Below, piece after piece: positions 18,201 through 27,105 of a stretch of DNA of 64,000 nucleotides (positions within the stretch are counted from its first letter, which is position 1; every line of letters begins with the position of its first letter). The notes under the pieces are model-generated. The model was not told the origin of the DNA, ran no database searches, and was given only the letters and a program-made list of their open reading frames with translations. The stretch lies in sequence record MW650886.1, one strand, 5' to 3'. A program made the translations under genes and the position numbers. The stretch comes from Escherichia phage vB_EcoM-ZQ1.

Positions 18201-18755
18201 ATGAAATATTTTGAGAAGTTTCCACTTGTTTGGCATCAATTGCAAGATGTCCAAGAGAATGATCAGGTGCTGTTACAGAACTTAACGCGCCGGGTGATGA
18301 TCTTACAGAAAATTAAGGACATCGAAGGGCTTCTCCTGCCGTATACGATCCAAGATGGGGAAACCCCAAGGTCTTTCGCAGAACGCGTTTACGGATCCTT
18401 CGAGTTGTTTTGGATACCTTGTCTGATAAACGGCATCATGGACATCAATAAGGACTGGCCGAAACCGGAACGCCGTATTGTTGAAGAACTGACTGCAGAT
18501 TATGGCATCGATGGTATGTGGGATACAGCCTATTATGTCGACCAGTTCAACAATGTGACCGACGCCCGTGCTATCAAATTTGCATATAACCTAGACCTGG
18601 ATGAGCCGTCCATAATTGCTAACTATGGTCTGACGGCAGTTTCATACCATGATGATGCAATCAGTAAGAATGAAGCCAAACGGAACATCCAAGTACTCGA
18701 CCCAGATTATGTGTCTTCGTTTGTCAATCAGCTGGAGCAGGAGTTGGCGAAATGA
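18201..18755 (+). CDS. hypothetical structural-module protein
   Basis: 184 aa, tightly coupled within the structural block. Confidence 0.35.
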   Translation: MKYFEKFPLVWHQLQDVQENDQVLLQNLTRRVMILQKIKDIEGLLLPYTIQDGETPRSFAERVYGSFELFWIPCLINGIMDINKDWPKPERRIVEELTADYGIDGMWDTAYYVDQFNNVTDARAIKFAYNLDLDEPSIIANYGLTAVSYHDDAISKNEAKRNIQVLDPDYVSSFVNQLEQELAK

Positions 18756-20140
18756 TCGAAAACAGAGAGACCCAAGACGGTATTGTAACACCGTCAACAA
18801 CATTTGACCTGAAGTATATGGCGATACTCCCTCATACACCCCAGGGCGGATCACCAACGCCATATGACCTGACGGCGTTGTTTGAGGAGTTCAACGTCTT
18901 CCAGGATCTGGGTCTTGAAGGGAAGTCATCTCCATCACTTACAGCCAATGTCTTGATAAAAGAGGGGTGGGACATTCTTGACACAATGCCTATCTTGGGT
19001 GGTGAAGAAGTTGTGGTGTCATTCAAGAGTCCGGCGGCCTCGGAATACACCACTCTCTCCCTGCGCGTAGCGCGTGTTGGGCGCGTAGCTGATGAGTCCA
19101 ACAGCTCGTCCAAGAAAGCATTCTGGTTGCACATGGTGACCACCGATGCCTATAAGGACAGCATGATCCGATGCTCCCTCGGTCTTGACGGTTCGTATTC
19201 TGACATGGCGAAGACAATCTTCAATCAGCTGGAGTCGCGCACCAAGTTCGAAGACATCGACCCGTCATATGGAATTCAAGAGCGGTTCGCCACCCCGCTC
19301 TGGCCTGTGCTGCGATCTATTGATTATATGGCGAGCCGTTCTTATGACGAATTGTTCATGCCATTCGTGTTCTATGAAGACTTCAATGGCTATCACTTCA
19401 AGAGCCTGACGACGTTGTTCAACCAGGGTAGCCAGTCATTGACAGCAGAAGAGAAGCAGGAACTAGCTCAGCAGAACAAGTTGTTCCGTGATCCTCAGGA
19501 CGCGCCGCTCATGCAGGATAACAACTTCAACTCTGAGCGCTTTATGCGCACGATCATCAAGGCAGAGAAGAAGCTGGCGCGTGACCAGTTCATGGCAAAC
19601 TACCGCGATGTCCTGGCAGTGAACGAGCGCGTCTACGACTTTGAGACCAAGACAGTCACCCCAACACAGCGCATCTATACTGAGTGGTTTGCAGAGACGG
19701 CTCACCTTGATCCGTTCCCGATGTTCTCAGATGAATTCAATCGTCAGAACGTCCGTTACATTGAAGCCCAGCCGGATGGAGCGGAGCAGATTGATTATGC
19801 TCGTCGTGTTATCAACTTCAGTCTTGCCAGCACTGTGATGCGCGTGTTGCTCGTTGGTGATAACCGCCTGAACGTCGGTCAGGTGTTCTACGTCGAAGAC
19901 CAGTCCAACCGTCCTAAGAAGAACGAAAACCTGGCAGAGTTAAGTAAGCTATCGACAGGCCACTATATCGTGACCAAAGTGCGTCACAAGATTTCCCGCC
20001 TGACCAAAGATTATCAGTGCATCGCTGAGATTGCCAAGGACAGTTTGCTGGAGCAGGTGCTTCCACCTCAGACCAATCAGACAACTGCTTCCACCACTAC
20101 TCCTCAGGCGATTGAGAAAGGCCAAGCACAGAAGGTTTAA
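18752..20140 (+). CDS. hypothetical structural protein (baseplate hub candidate)
   Basis: 462 aa, ATGA-coupled, immediately upstream of the tape-measure-like gene. Confidence 0.35.
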   Translation: MIENRETQDGIVTPSTTFDLKYMAILPHTPQGGSPTPYDLTALFEEFNVFQDLGLEGKSSPSLTANVLIKEGWDILDTMPILGGEEVVVSFKSPAASEYTTLSLRVARVGRVADESNSSSKKAFWLHMVTTDAYKDSMIRCSLGLDGSYSDMAKTIFNQLESRTKFEDIDPSYGIQERFATPLWPVLRSIDYMASRSYDELFMPFVFYEDFNGYHFKSLTTLFNQGSQSLTAEEKQELAQQNKLFRDPQDAPLMQDNNFNSERFMRTIIKAEKKLARDQFMANYRDVLAVNERVYDFETKTVTPTQRIYTEWFAETAHLDPFPMFSDEFNRQNVRYIEAQPDGAEQIDYARRVINFSLASTVMRVLLVGDNRLNVGQVFYVEDQSNRPKKNENLAELSKLSTGHYIVTKVRHKISRLTKDYQCIAEIAKDSLLEQVLPPQTNQTTASTTTPQAIEKGQAQKV

Positions 20141-20151
20141 CGAGGTGACCC

Positions 20152-22098
20152 ATGGCACAGGAAGCAACGAACAATGATGTTGTCAAAGTTCTAGACAAGA
20201 TCAAGGCGGAGATGATGCAGCGCAAACAACTCCGCGCTCAGAATGAAACCAACAAACAGCTTGACCGGATGAACAAGAATCTGGCCAAGCTGGAATCTGC
20301 CACTAAACAGGGCACCAAGGCCGAGTCCAAGCCATTTGAAATCCGTATCCCGACAGTCAATGAGATCGTCATGGGATTCGCTCGCATGTCTCCGATCTTC
20401 ACCCGCGACTTCAGCGTATGGATGAAGGATACTGTCGATGTGGGTAACGAAGGCAATCGGGAACTGGAGAATATTGCAGGCAAGATTGACCGCCTCGGTG
20501 AGATCACCCGCATGCCAACAGATGACACGTCCCTGGAGTATCTTAACCTGATCTCAGACCAGCTGAAGTCTGCCAATGATGACACCCTCAAGCGCATGGA
20601 CGAGCAGAGTGTGTCTCTGGTCCGCGTGGGATCATTCTTGAACATGATCGACGGAGTGATGATCGAGGTTCGTGACGATGTTGCTGAACTGAAAAAGAAC
20701 TCCGATGACACCCTTACTCGATTGTCTAGCATTGAAAACAAGATTGGGCGCACGGGCGGTCATATCGTTGGAGTGCTGACACGCATCTTTGATGAAGACC
20801 AGAAGTGGCGTGAGAAGGACGAGATGCGCCGTGGGGAAACCGACAAAGAAACGGGTGGTCATCCTCAGGCGGGTTCTGTTATACCCAAAGACGATGACCA
20901 GAAAGACGATTCCTCCGGTATCGGGGCTGCTGTGGCGGCCATGCTTGGCCTGAATGCACTGAAGGGCTTCTTGCTCAAGCCGTTCAAGATCATCGGTGGT
21001 GTTGTCGGGACTTTCCTCGGCATGTTCTCCAAGCTGGGAGAAGGTATCACCAAACTTCTGGGTCCATTTGGGAAGGTGTTTAAGTTCCTGAAAGTCGGCC
21101 CACTGGCTCTCCTGTCTATGATCTGGGACTTCGGTAAAGGCTTCATTGATGCGAAGGAGATCCTGGGTAAAGGTGCTGTCACGATAGTTGACCGAGTACG
21201 GGCGGGGATATCAGAACTGGTTGGTGGATTTGGTGATCTATTTGACTGGGTGTCCAAGATCTTTGGCTTCGATACCAAGGCGGGAGAAACCCTGCGCAAA
21301 TACACCCTCATGATCACTGAGGCTCCCGCTCGTTGGCTGAATGGTATTATCGACTGGATTAGCAACGACTTGTTTGCAGGGATCGGGAGAGACACGTCTC
21401 TTACGGATATCCCTGGCAAGTTAGCAGACAACCTACAGTCCGAGTTGATGAAGCTGGTAGACTGGATCACAGGGGGTATCAGTAGTGTGATCGACGAGGG
21501 CATGGGTGTGGCCAACAAGGTCATTGACGATATCAAGAAGGGATTTGCCGAAAATGTGAAGAAACCTTTCTTCAACATGCTGAACACAATCACCAATGCG
21601 ATGTTCGATATCGTTGACAAGTTCGTCAGCATCATCCCTGACGCTCTGGGTGGACAGGCTGCGAAGCAGAAGATGGATGAGGCTCGCCAGTCTATGCTGA
21701 TTGACACTGATGAGAATCCATCTCCTAATGTGACAGAGACCCAGCAGCCACAGACGCCAGCACAACCGAACATCGATCCACAAACGCTGACTCCAATACC
21801 TTCTGGTGCGTCTTCGGATGACAAGAATATGACTAATGACCGCACCTCTCAGCTGAAAGCTGCGTATGGTTCTATCGGGGGTGGTACTCTGGGCGGGGCC
21901 ATGCCATCACAAGGGAGGGCGCTGTCTAATATTGAGCAAGTACAAGGCGGCTATTCACCGCCTCCAGCCAGCGTCGTGATGCCAGTACAGCAGAATGTGG
22001 ATGCTTCTAAGAGGATCAACACGACCAATAACTTCAACAGCTCATATCTTGAGCCTGAGAACAAAACAGATAATTCCCGCATCCTGTGGGAATGGTAA
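20152..22098 (+). CDS. tail tape-measure / baseplate hub protein (T4 gp29-like candidate)
   Basis: 648 aa; coiled-coil-like N-terminus, Gly-rich hydrophobic central segment (GIGAAVAAMLGLNALKGFLLKPFKIIGGVVGTFLGMF), Ser/Thr/Pro-rich C-terminus. Confidence 0.45.
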   Translation: MAQEATNNDVVKVLDKIKAEMMQRKQLRAQNETNKQLDRMNKNLAKLESATKQGTKAESKPFEIRIPTVNEIVMGFARMSPIFTRDFSVWMKDTVDVGNEGNRELENIAGKIDRLGEITRMPTDDTSLEYLNLISDQLKSANDDTLKRMDEQSVSLVRVGSFLNMIDGVMIEVRDDVAELKKNSDDTLTRLSSIENKIGRTGGHIVGVLTRIFDEDQKWREKDEMRRGETDKETGGHPQAGSVIPKDDDQKDDSSGIGAAVAAMLGLNALKGFLLKPFKIIGGVVGTFLGMFSKLGEGITKLLGPFGKVFKFLKVGPLALLSMIWDFGKGFIDAKEILGKGAVTIVDRVRAGISELVGGFGDLFDWVSKIFGFDTKAGETLRKYTLMITEAPARWLNGIIDWISNDLFAGIGRDTSLTDIPGKLADNLQSELMKLVDWITGGISSVIDEGMGVANKVIDDIKKGFAENVKKPFFNMLNTITNAMFDIVDKFVSIIPDALGGQAAKQKMDEARQSMLIDTDENPSPNVTETQQPQTPAQPNIDPQTLTPIPSGASSDDKNMTNDRTSQLKAAYGSIGGGTLGGAMPSQGRALSNIEQVQGGYSPPPASVVMPVQQNVDASKRINTTNNFNSSYLEPENKTDNSRILWEW

Positions 22099-22758
22099 TC
22101 AGACTCCGTGGGCTTGTATTAGCTCACGGAGTCTCTGTTTTGAATATGTGGTATCCTCATCCGGAACCACAGCATTCGTCTTCCTGAGCAAGAACGCCTC
22201 TGAGTTCCAGTAGATGTCATCACGCAGAATCGTATCGTATAGATGAATGAAACCAACGATCTTGTTCAGACCGACAAGGAACCAAATCGGGAACTTCTTG
22301 ATGATGATGTCTGTCAGCAACGGTGGATGACCTGTACCCGTCCCCTTGATGTACTCAATGAAGGTGCAGTTGCGCTCCCTTATGGCAGGGATCATCTCCC
22401 GCTCGAACTCCTCAAGGAAGTTATATGTAAAGTTCTCGTACAGCTTACGGTATTCATCATAATTGGCCTGAGCCTGGCGTGTAAGCAATGTCGTCACCCA
22501 GGTCTTGGGTGATTTGATGAAGTTGGCAATGATGTAGTTCTCTACCACTTCACCCTGTGATGACTCGAACCGACGGGCAAGGCGAGCAAACTGTTTGCAC
22601 ACGGCCTCCTTCGCCAAGAACGTCTCGAACTTGTAATTCATCGGTCCATACAAGCTGTAATCGAAGTCCTTAGTGGTGAAGTGCAGCTTGATCGCCATGA
22701 AGACACAGTAAACGTTGAACGCCCGCTCGAACTCCATCTTCTGCCACTCTGTTAGCAT
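22099..22758 (-). CDS. gp59-like helicase loader candidate
   Basis: 219 aa; loose N-terminal resemblance to T4 gp59 from recall, and position in a replication-gene neighbourhood. Confidence 0.4.
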   Translation of the reverse strand: MLTEWQKMEFERAFNVYCVFMAIKLHFTTKDFDYSLYGPMNYKFETFLAKEAVCKQFARLARRFESSQGEVVENYIIANFIKSPKTWVTTLLTRQAQANYDEYRKLYENFTYNFLEEFEREMIPAIRERNCTFIEYIKGTGTGHPPLLTDIIIKKFPIWFLVGLNKIVGFIHLYDTILRDDIYWNSEAFLLRKTNAVVPDEDTTYSKQRLRELIQAHGV

Positions 22759-22994
22759 TTGCGTTCCTCTTCTTTAATAAATTGCAATAACTCTTCCATC
22801 AGCCCTTTCTTCTTGATGAACTGTAACACCAGGATGAAGCGACGGAAGGAGCGGGGGACAACACGATAACCCTTCGCCCAGTAGTTCACAACATTAGAAC
22901 AATCCAATAAACGAGCCAGCCCAGATTGTGACACCCCGAGGCTCAGCAGAACCTTGTACATGTACTTCTTGTCATTTACCGGAAGCTCTTTCAT
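22752..22994 (-). CDS. XRE/Cro-type helix-turn-helix protein
   Basis: LLSLGVSQSGLARLLDCSNVVNYWAKG matches the HTH_XRE pattern; start uncertain (ORF-track start 23006 overlaps the upstream gene). Confidence 0.4.
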   Translation of the reverse strand: MKELPVNDKKYMYKVLLSLGVSQSGLARLLDCSNVVNYWAKGYRVVPRSFRRFILVLQFIKKKGLMEELLQFIKEEERKC

Positions 22995-23229
22995 TCTTAA
23001 ACTCATGATATTTGTCCGCTAATGTCTTATAATATTTGTTAGGATTATACTCCTGTTTGGAATAGTGAAGAGTAAGGGAAGCACTCAGACCTAGGATAAT
23101 CACGACAACGAGCGCCTTGTGGTTATTGATCTCGGGAATAGCTATCCACACCAGCAACAACACAAGCGAGCTGATAATCAAGGACAGCAAGAACGTTAAT
23201 GCAATCACCAATGCGAATAGCTCGTCCAT
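22972..23229 (-). CDS. small membrane protein (two TM helices)
   Basis: FALVIALTFLLSLIISSLVLLLVWIAI and ALVVVIILGLSASLTL hydrophobic helices. Confidence 0.4.
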   Translation of the reverse strand: MDELFALVIALTFLLSLIISSLVLLLVWIAIPEINNHKALVVVIILGLSASLTLHYSKQEYNPNKYYKTLADKYHEFKNERASGK

Positions 23230-23233
23230 CAGA

Positions 23234-23455
23234 TCACACCTCTTTGTGATTCTTCATCTTGCGGACAGTGCCCACAAACCCAAGATCCTTCCCGCAATGG
23301 GTGCAGATAGCATGGCAAGCATGGTTCTCACGATAGGTGCTGTGTTTGCAGCGCCATTGCTTGAACGCCGAACGGGCAACTGGGATCAAGGCGATCAAGA
23401 AGACGATGCCGGACATCTGAAGTTCAACCAAGAACTTCGCCCACCAGAAACTCAT
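23234..23455 (-). CDS. small membrane protein with C-terminal CxxC...CxxC
   Basis: ATG at 23455 sits 4 nt after the ligase stop (23460-23462); TM helix then CKHS...CHAICTHCG. Confidence 0.35.
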   Translation of the reverse strand: MSFWWAKFLVELQMSGIVFLIALIPVARSAFKQWRCKHSTYRENHACHAICTHCGKDLGFVGTVRKMKNHKEV

Positions 23456-23459
23456 ATAC

Positions 23460-24890
23460 TCACCCATTACCCTTCTCCAACAGGAATGCGATGTTTTCAA
23501 TGTACGCTTTCTGTATCGCATAGACTTCATCCAGTGTGTTGGCCACTTTCTTGTCAATGCGGACTTCTACAAGGCGAGGTAGGAACAAAGACTTCATCGC
23601 ATCATCTGTCTTATCCTGTACGCCATTGGAGAGCACTGCGGCGATTTTGCCAATGTAGTCGCCCTGGTTCTCCCACATATGGCGTCTCAGCTCATCTGAG
23701 ATCCCTGATACGCCAACAACAAGCAGGCTGTCGGAAGTTTTACAAATCAGTGAGCCAAAAGTCTTGGCGTGTTTGCCTTTCTTGTCGGCCTCGTTGAATC
23801 CCACGATTTCAAGGTCACACTCAACCTCCATCTTCAGCTTCAGACCTTCAGAAGAAGTACCATCTTCCCACGGCATGTCTGCGGCCTTACATATCGTGCC
23901 TTCTTCTTTGCGAGCCAGCGCGTCTTTGAAGTGGTCGACGGCTTCGGCAAATGAGTGAACAACACGAGTTTCTTGAACCTGAACCAGACCGTCGTCTTCA
24001 TCAAACAGTTGCTGGATGATATCGAAGCGGCGCTCATACGGGGTATCCACGCGTTGGGCGTTGAACCATTGTTCATACGGCACAACATCCCACACCCGGT
24101 AGATCACCCGATAACGATCTTCTAGGGGTTCTCCTGTCTGAATCACGCTGTTGAGTTTACCGTTACCGACAGCACGAGGCAGGATGGTATTCGACTTGAG
24201 GTCAACAACGAGAAGTTCACCATGGAACACACTCTCACCAATCCCCGTATCGTAGATCAGGTCTTTGAACACCAGTGAAAGGTTATCAACAGAACCACCT
24301 GCGATAAGGGAACCGGAGCGAGAGCGAATCTCAGGCTCTTTATTGTACCGACATATGATGTTGGCGAACATACCGTCTGACTTCAGCTGGCTGTAGACGC
24401 CACGCTTGAAGTCCATCTTCTTCAGCAGGTCAATTGTCATGTTGTCATAACGATGATACGGAAGAATGTTGATCAGGCGTCCAGTGCCTCCGGCGGCGTT
24501 GAATGCAGCGTTGATACCCTTCTCAGCGATACCCGCCTTGATATCACGGTCTAGGATCATCTGAATGAGTTCGTGGTATTGGGGATCCATCTTCAGGGCG
24601 ACAGAGGCCAACAGGGCATCAGCCTTTTGGCCACTGACAAGGCGCTGTGCCATCTGGTCGAGGACGTCATAGACTTCGCTGATGTCATCAGTCTTCTCAC
24701 GGACGAGCATGCGAGGGTACGCGCTGAGCTTCAACTCAGTCCGATAGAACGACGTCATTGGGTCATAGACATACTGCAGGAAGTCTGCCAAGTCTGGGTT
24801 GTTCTTGAATGCTTCGGTCAGCACGGCTTTCTTCGCATTGCTGCCTTTGGTTTCGCGAAGTCGGTGGACTGTTTCAAGGATAGGGATCAT
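23460..24890 (-). CDS. ATP-dependent DNA ligase (T4 gp30-like)
   Basis: 476 aa; nucleotidyltransferase motif I LKSDGMF (K-x-D-G); size matches T4 DNA ligase. Confidence 0.8.
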   Translation of the reverse strand: MIPILETVHRLRETKGSNAKKAVLTEAFKNNPDLADFLQYVYDPMTSFYRTELKLSAYPRMLVREKTDDISEVYDVLDQMAQRLVSGQKADALLASVALKMDPQYHELIQMILDRDIKAGIAEKGINAAFNAAGGTGRLINILPYHRYDNMTIDLLKKMDFKRGVYSQLKSDGMFANIICRYNKEPEIRSRSGSLIAGGSVDNLSLVFKDLIYDTGIGESVFHGELLVVDLKSNTILPRAVGNGKLNSVIQTGEPLEDRYRVIYRVWDVVPYEQWFNAQRVDTPYERRFDIIQQLFDEDDGLVQVQETRVVHSFAEAVDHFKDALARKEEGTICKAADMPWEDGTSSEGLKLKMEVECDLEIVGFNEADKKGKHAKTFGSLICKTSDSLLVVGVSGISDELRRHMWENQGDYIGKIAAVLSNGVQDKTDDAMKSLFLPRLVEVRIDKKVANTLDEVYAIQKAYIENIAFLLEKGNG

Positions 24891-24902
24891 GTGGTGTCTC
24901 CA

Positions 24903-24935
24903 GGGTTATATGTGCTGCTATTATAACCCTGGGGA
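24903..24935. repeat. 33-bp near-perfect palindrome (ccagggttata-N11-tataaccctgg) upstream of the ligase start
   Basis: 11-bp inverted arms read directly; no adjacent U-tract on either strand. Confidence 0.6.
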
Positions 24936-25004
24936 CTTCAATAGATTATTGGTGGGTGTGGGATCTTGCTTAGCCGATAATGACCGCAAATGTTTCTGTA
25001 TCCA

Positions 25005-25565
25005 TCATGAACCCTCCGCCCAGACAAAGCCGTATTTGTTCAGTAGATCCACGGTTTCACCACGAGCGCGAGCCACGATAGATTCTACTGATTCTTCCAC
25101 CTCGAGTGGTGGGCAACCAGCCTTTTCGTACGTGTTAAGCAAGAGAGCAAGTTCTTTTACGAACTCTTCTTGTTCCTCTCCTCCAAAGAACCACATCCGC
25201 AGATCGTCGCGTTCCCCGTGCTTGTTCAGAGAAGCCATATTCACGTACACGTAATCGTTTTTCTGAACAACGTCATTTATCTCCGGCCAATGCAACCCAG
25301 TCATCGCATAATTGAAGAATTCCGAAGGGGTGACTTCATCCGACAAATAATACAAACGGAAGTCACCGCTGGGGCCATGTTTGCAAGTTCTATCCAGCAT
25401 TATTTTGTGGATGTCAACACGGTCTCGCTTCAAGACTTCCCGTTTCTTCAGTCGACCTCTCAGCCAGGCACTGCCAATACACAAAAGAACGAAAGCAGTA
25501 GCACCAGTGAGTATGTTGAAAGAATCAATAATGTTCATAAGATCCCCGAAGTGATAAAGGGGCAT
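25005..25565 (-). CDS. membrane-anchored protein (N-terminal TM helix, soluble C-terminal domain)
   Basis: GGAGGGG RBS upstream of the ATG at 25565; N-terminal NILTGATAFVLLCIGSAWL is hydrophobic. Confidence 0.45.
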   Translation of the reverse strand: MPLYHFGDLMNIIDSFNILTGATAFVLLCIGSAWLRGRLKKREVLKRDRVDIHKIMLDRTCKHGPSGDFRLYYLSDEVTPSEFFNYAMTGLHWPEINDVVQKNDYVYVNMASLNKHGERDDLRMWFFGGEEQEEFVKELALLLNTYEKAGCPPLEVEESVESIVARARGETVDLLNKYGFVWAEGS

Positions 25566-25579
25566 AAGCCCCTCCGATG

Positions 25580-26188
25580 TTATTTGCTCAGGCTGGCGAG
25601 GTAGTTGTCGGCTTCGATAGACGACGGGCTGTTGGCGGAGTAGCTCGAATCAGCGATTTCGGTTTCGCGCAGGATGGCATCGATATCGATGGTGGTCATA
25701 CCAGCGGCATAATCGATATCTTCAGGGAGCACCAGACCCAGGTCGTTCGTCTCTTTCTGAACACGAACCAGCTCGAGATTGGACTTGACTTCGTCCAGTT
25801 TGTCACCCAGCTGGATGATCGCACCGTTCAGTTTGTCGCTGCTTGCTTCGATGTCCTTCACCTGAGCCAACAGGGCTTCACCGATACGGCGGCGATGCAG
25901 AATAATCAGGGCGTCGGCGCGGGTTGGTGTGACACCACGAGCGATGGCGTCCTTCAGAACTTCTTCGCGCTTGGCGGCTTCACTCAGGTTCTGTTCTGCG
26001 GTCTTCTTCAGTTTGACGCCGTTGCGGACGTTGGTGACACGGGCTTCCTCCAGGCGACGGATTTCGTCAGACAGCTTGCGAGCAGCCAGGTTCAGGCGCT
26101 TTTCGGTGTCGGTCAGTTTATCCAGACCTGCGGTGACGTTGGCTTCAACAGTGGTGAAGATGCGTTTCAGTAAGTTTTTCAGTGACAT
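25580..26188 (-). CDS. PspA/IM30-family (phage-shock protein A / Vipp1-like) protein
   Basis: 202 aa; N-terminal amphipathic helix then long heptad-like coiled coil (LKNLLKRIFTTVEANVTAGLDKLTDTEKRL...) resembling PspA; GAGGA RBS. Confidence 0.55.
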   Translation of the reverse strand: MSLKNLLKRIFTTVEANVTAGLDKLTDTEKRLNLAARKLSDEIRRLEEARVTNVRNGVKLKKTAEQNLSEAAKREEVLKDAIARGVTPTRADALIILHRRRIGEALLAQVKDIEASSDKLNGAIIQLGDKLDEVKSNLELVRVQKETNDLGLVLPEDIDYAAGMTTIDIDAILRETEIADSSYSANSPSSIEADNYLASLSK

Positions 26189-26205
26189 CAGTGTGTAGTC
26201 CTCAG

Positions 26206-26547
26206 TTATTTCTTCGGGGGTTCAATTGAGGTGAAAGAATCCTTCCAACTCTTGAATTTTTCAACTAGGGCTTCTTCACCCAGCTCGTCATTTGACACGC
26301 TGTGAATATAGGCGAATGCTCCATAGCCGGATCCTGGCATAGCCTTGCAGATGCGCAGACTGACCAAAGAATCTCCTACGGAAACAAGATAGTGGTCACG
26401 ACGATTGTTCAGGGCATAGTGGTTGTCATGAAACTTGTCGATAACAACACAGTTCTGAGGTTCGACGTCAATCGGTAGCCCGTTGGCTTCGGATCCACCG
26501 CGCCCAAGCACGCAGCCTGGGAATAATGTTTCTACGAGTGTGGTCAT
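26206..26547 (-). CDS. hypothetical protein
   Basis: 113-aa ORF, co-oriented with the PspA-like gene. Confidence 0.45.
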   Translation of the reverse strand: MTTLVETLFPGCVLGRGGSEANGLPIDVEPQNCVVIDKFHDNHYALNNRRDHYLVSVGDSLVSLRICKAMPGSGYGAFAYIHSVSNDELGEEALVEKFKSWKDSFTSIEPPKK

Positions 26548-26776
26548 GGTCTGTTCCTTCTGTAAGTTCCCATGTATTATATGGGTGAATCGTTTAATGA
26601 ATTATTTGTTATGGAAACCCAGAGCCTTGTAGACTTCTTCACGATTTTAATTTCGGCCTGAGCCTCTGTGTGATTAATCCGGCGCTTGTGTTGTCGGGCG
26701 TCAATGGCATCGATTAGACAACGGATCTCAGCGCATCAGGGGCTTACCCAACAGCCAGTTGAAATACTCGCGCATG

Positions 26777-26989
26777 TCACTTCCTCATCAGTGAGAGCAG
26801 ATTGACCGTAGCCGGGCGCGCATCAGGGGCGTAGAAGACGTCCTGAGAGTGCCTCTTACAGCACGGGCAATCCTTCGTGGCGATTACACAGGGAGCCTTG
26901 CTTACGGCAAATCCGGCGGCTTCGGCTTCCTTCACAGTGGTGAATGGCATGTAAGCACTTGTGCCCTGCCCTCCGCATGAACATTCCAT
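26777..26989 (-). CDS. small cysteine-rich protein
   Basis: 70 aa with CSCGG ... C ... CPCC; start overlaps the upstream micro-ORF stop (TGATG). Confidence 0.4.
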   Translation of the reverse strand: MECSCGGQGTSAYMPFTTVKEAEAAGFAVSKAPCVIATKDCPCCKRHSQDVFYAPDARPATVNLLSLMRK

Positions 26990-27105
26990 CAGCGTTTCCT
27001 CTTAAAGGGGATGACCAGGGCTATGATGAGAAGCATAGCTGTAATCATCCCACATGCTATCAGACCAAAGGCGAACGACTTCAGAACAAACTCAATCAAA
27101 TTCAT
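26989..27105 (-). CDS. micro-ORF encoding a 38-aa hydrophobic peptide (absent from the ORF track)
   Basis: hand-translated MNLIEFVLKSFAFGLIACGMITAMLLIIALVIPFKRKR; ATGA-coupled to the upstream gene stop and TGATG-coupled to the downstream start. Confidence 0.3.
   Translation of the reverse strand: MNLIEFVLKSFAFGLIACGMITAMLLIIALVIPFKRKR

Noticed and set aside
20865-21845. 326-aa minus-strand ORF inside the tape-measure-like gene
   Set aside because: Antisense shadow ORF, Ser/Pro-rich low-complexity translation
25577-26173. 198-aa plus-strand ORF overlapping the PspA-like gene
   Set aside because: Antisense to the coiled-coil gene; the coiled-coil reading is the more coherent translation
26731-26830. 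13-bp direct repeat gcgcatcaggggc at 26731-26743 and 26818-26830
   Set aside because: A single exact 13-mer pair is expected by chance many times in a window this size; one copy lies inside a CDS
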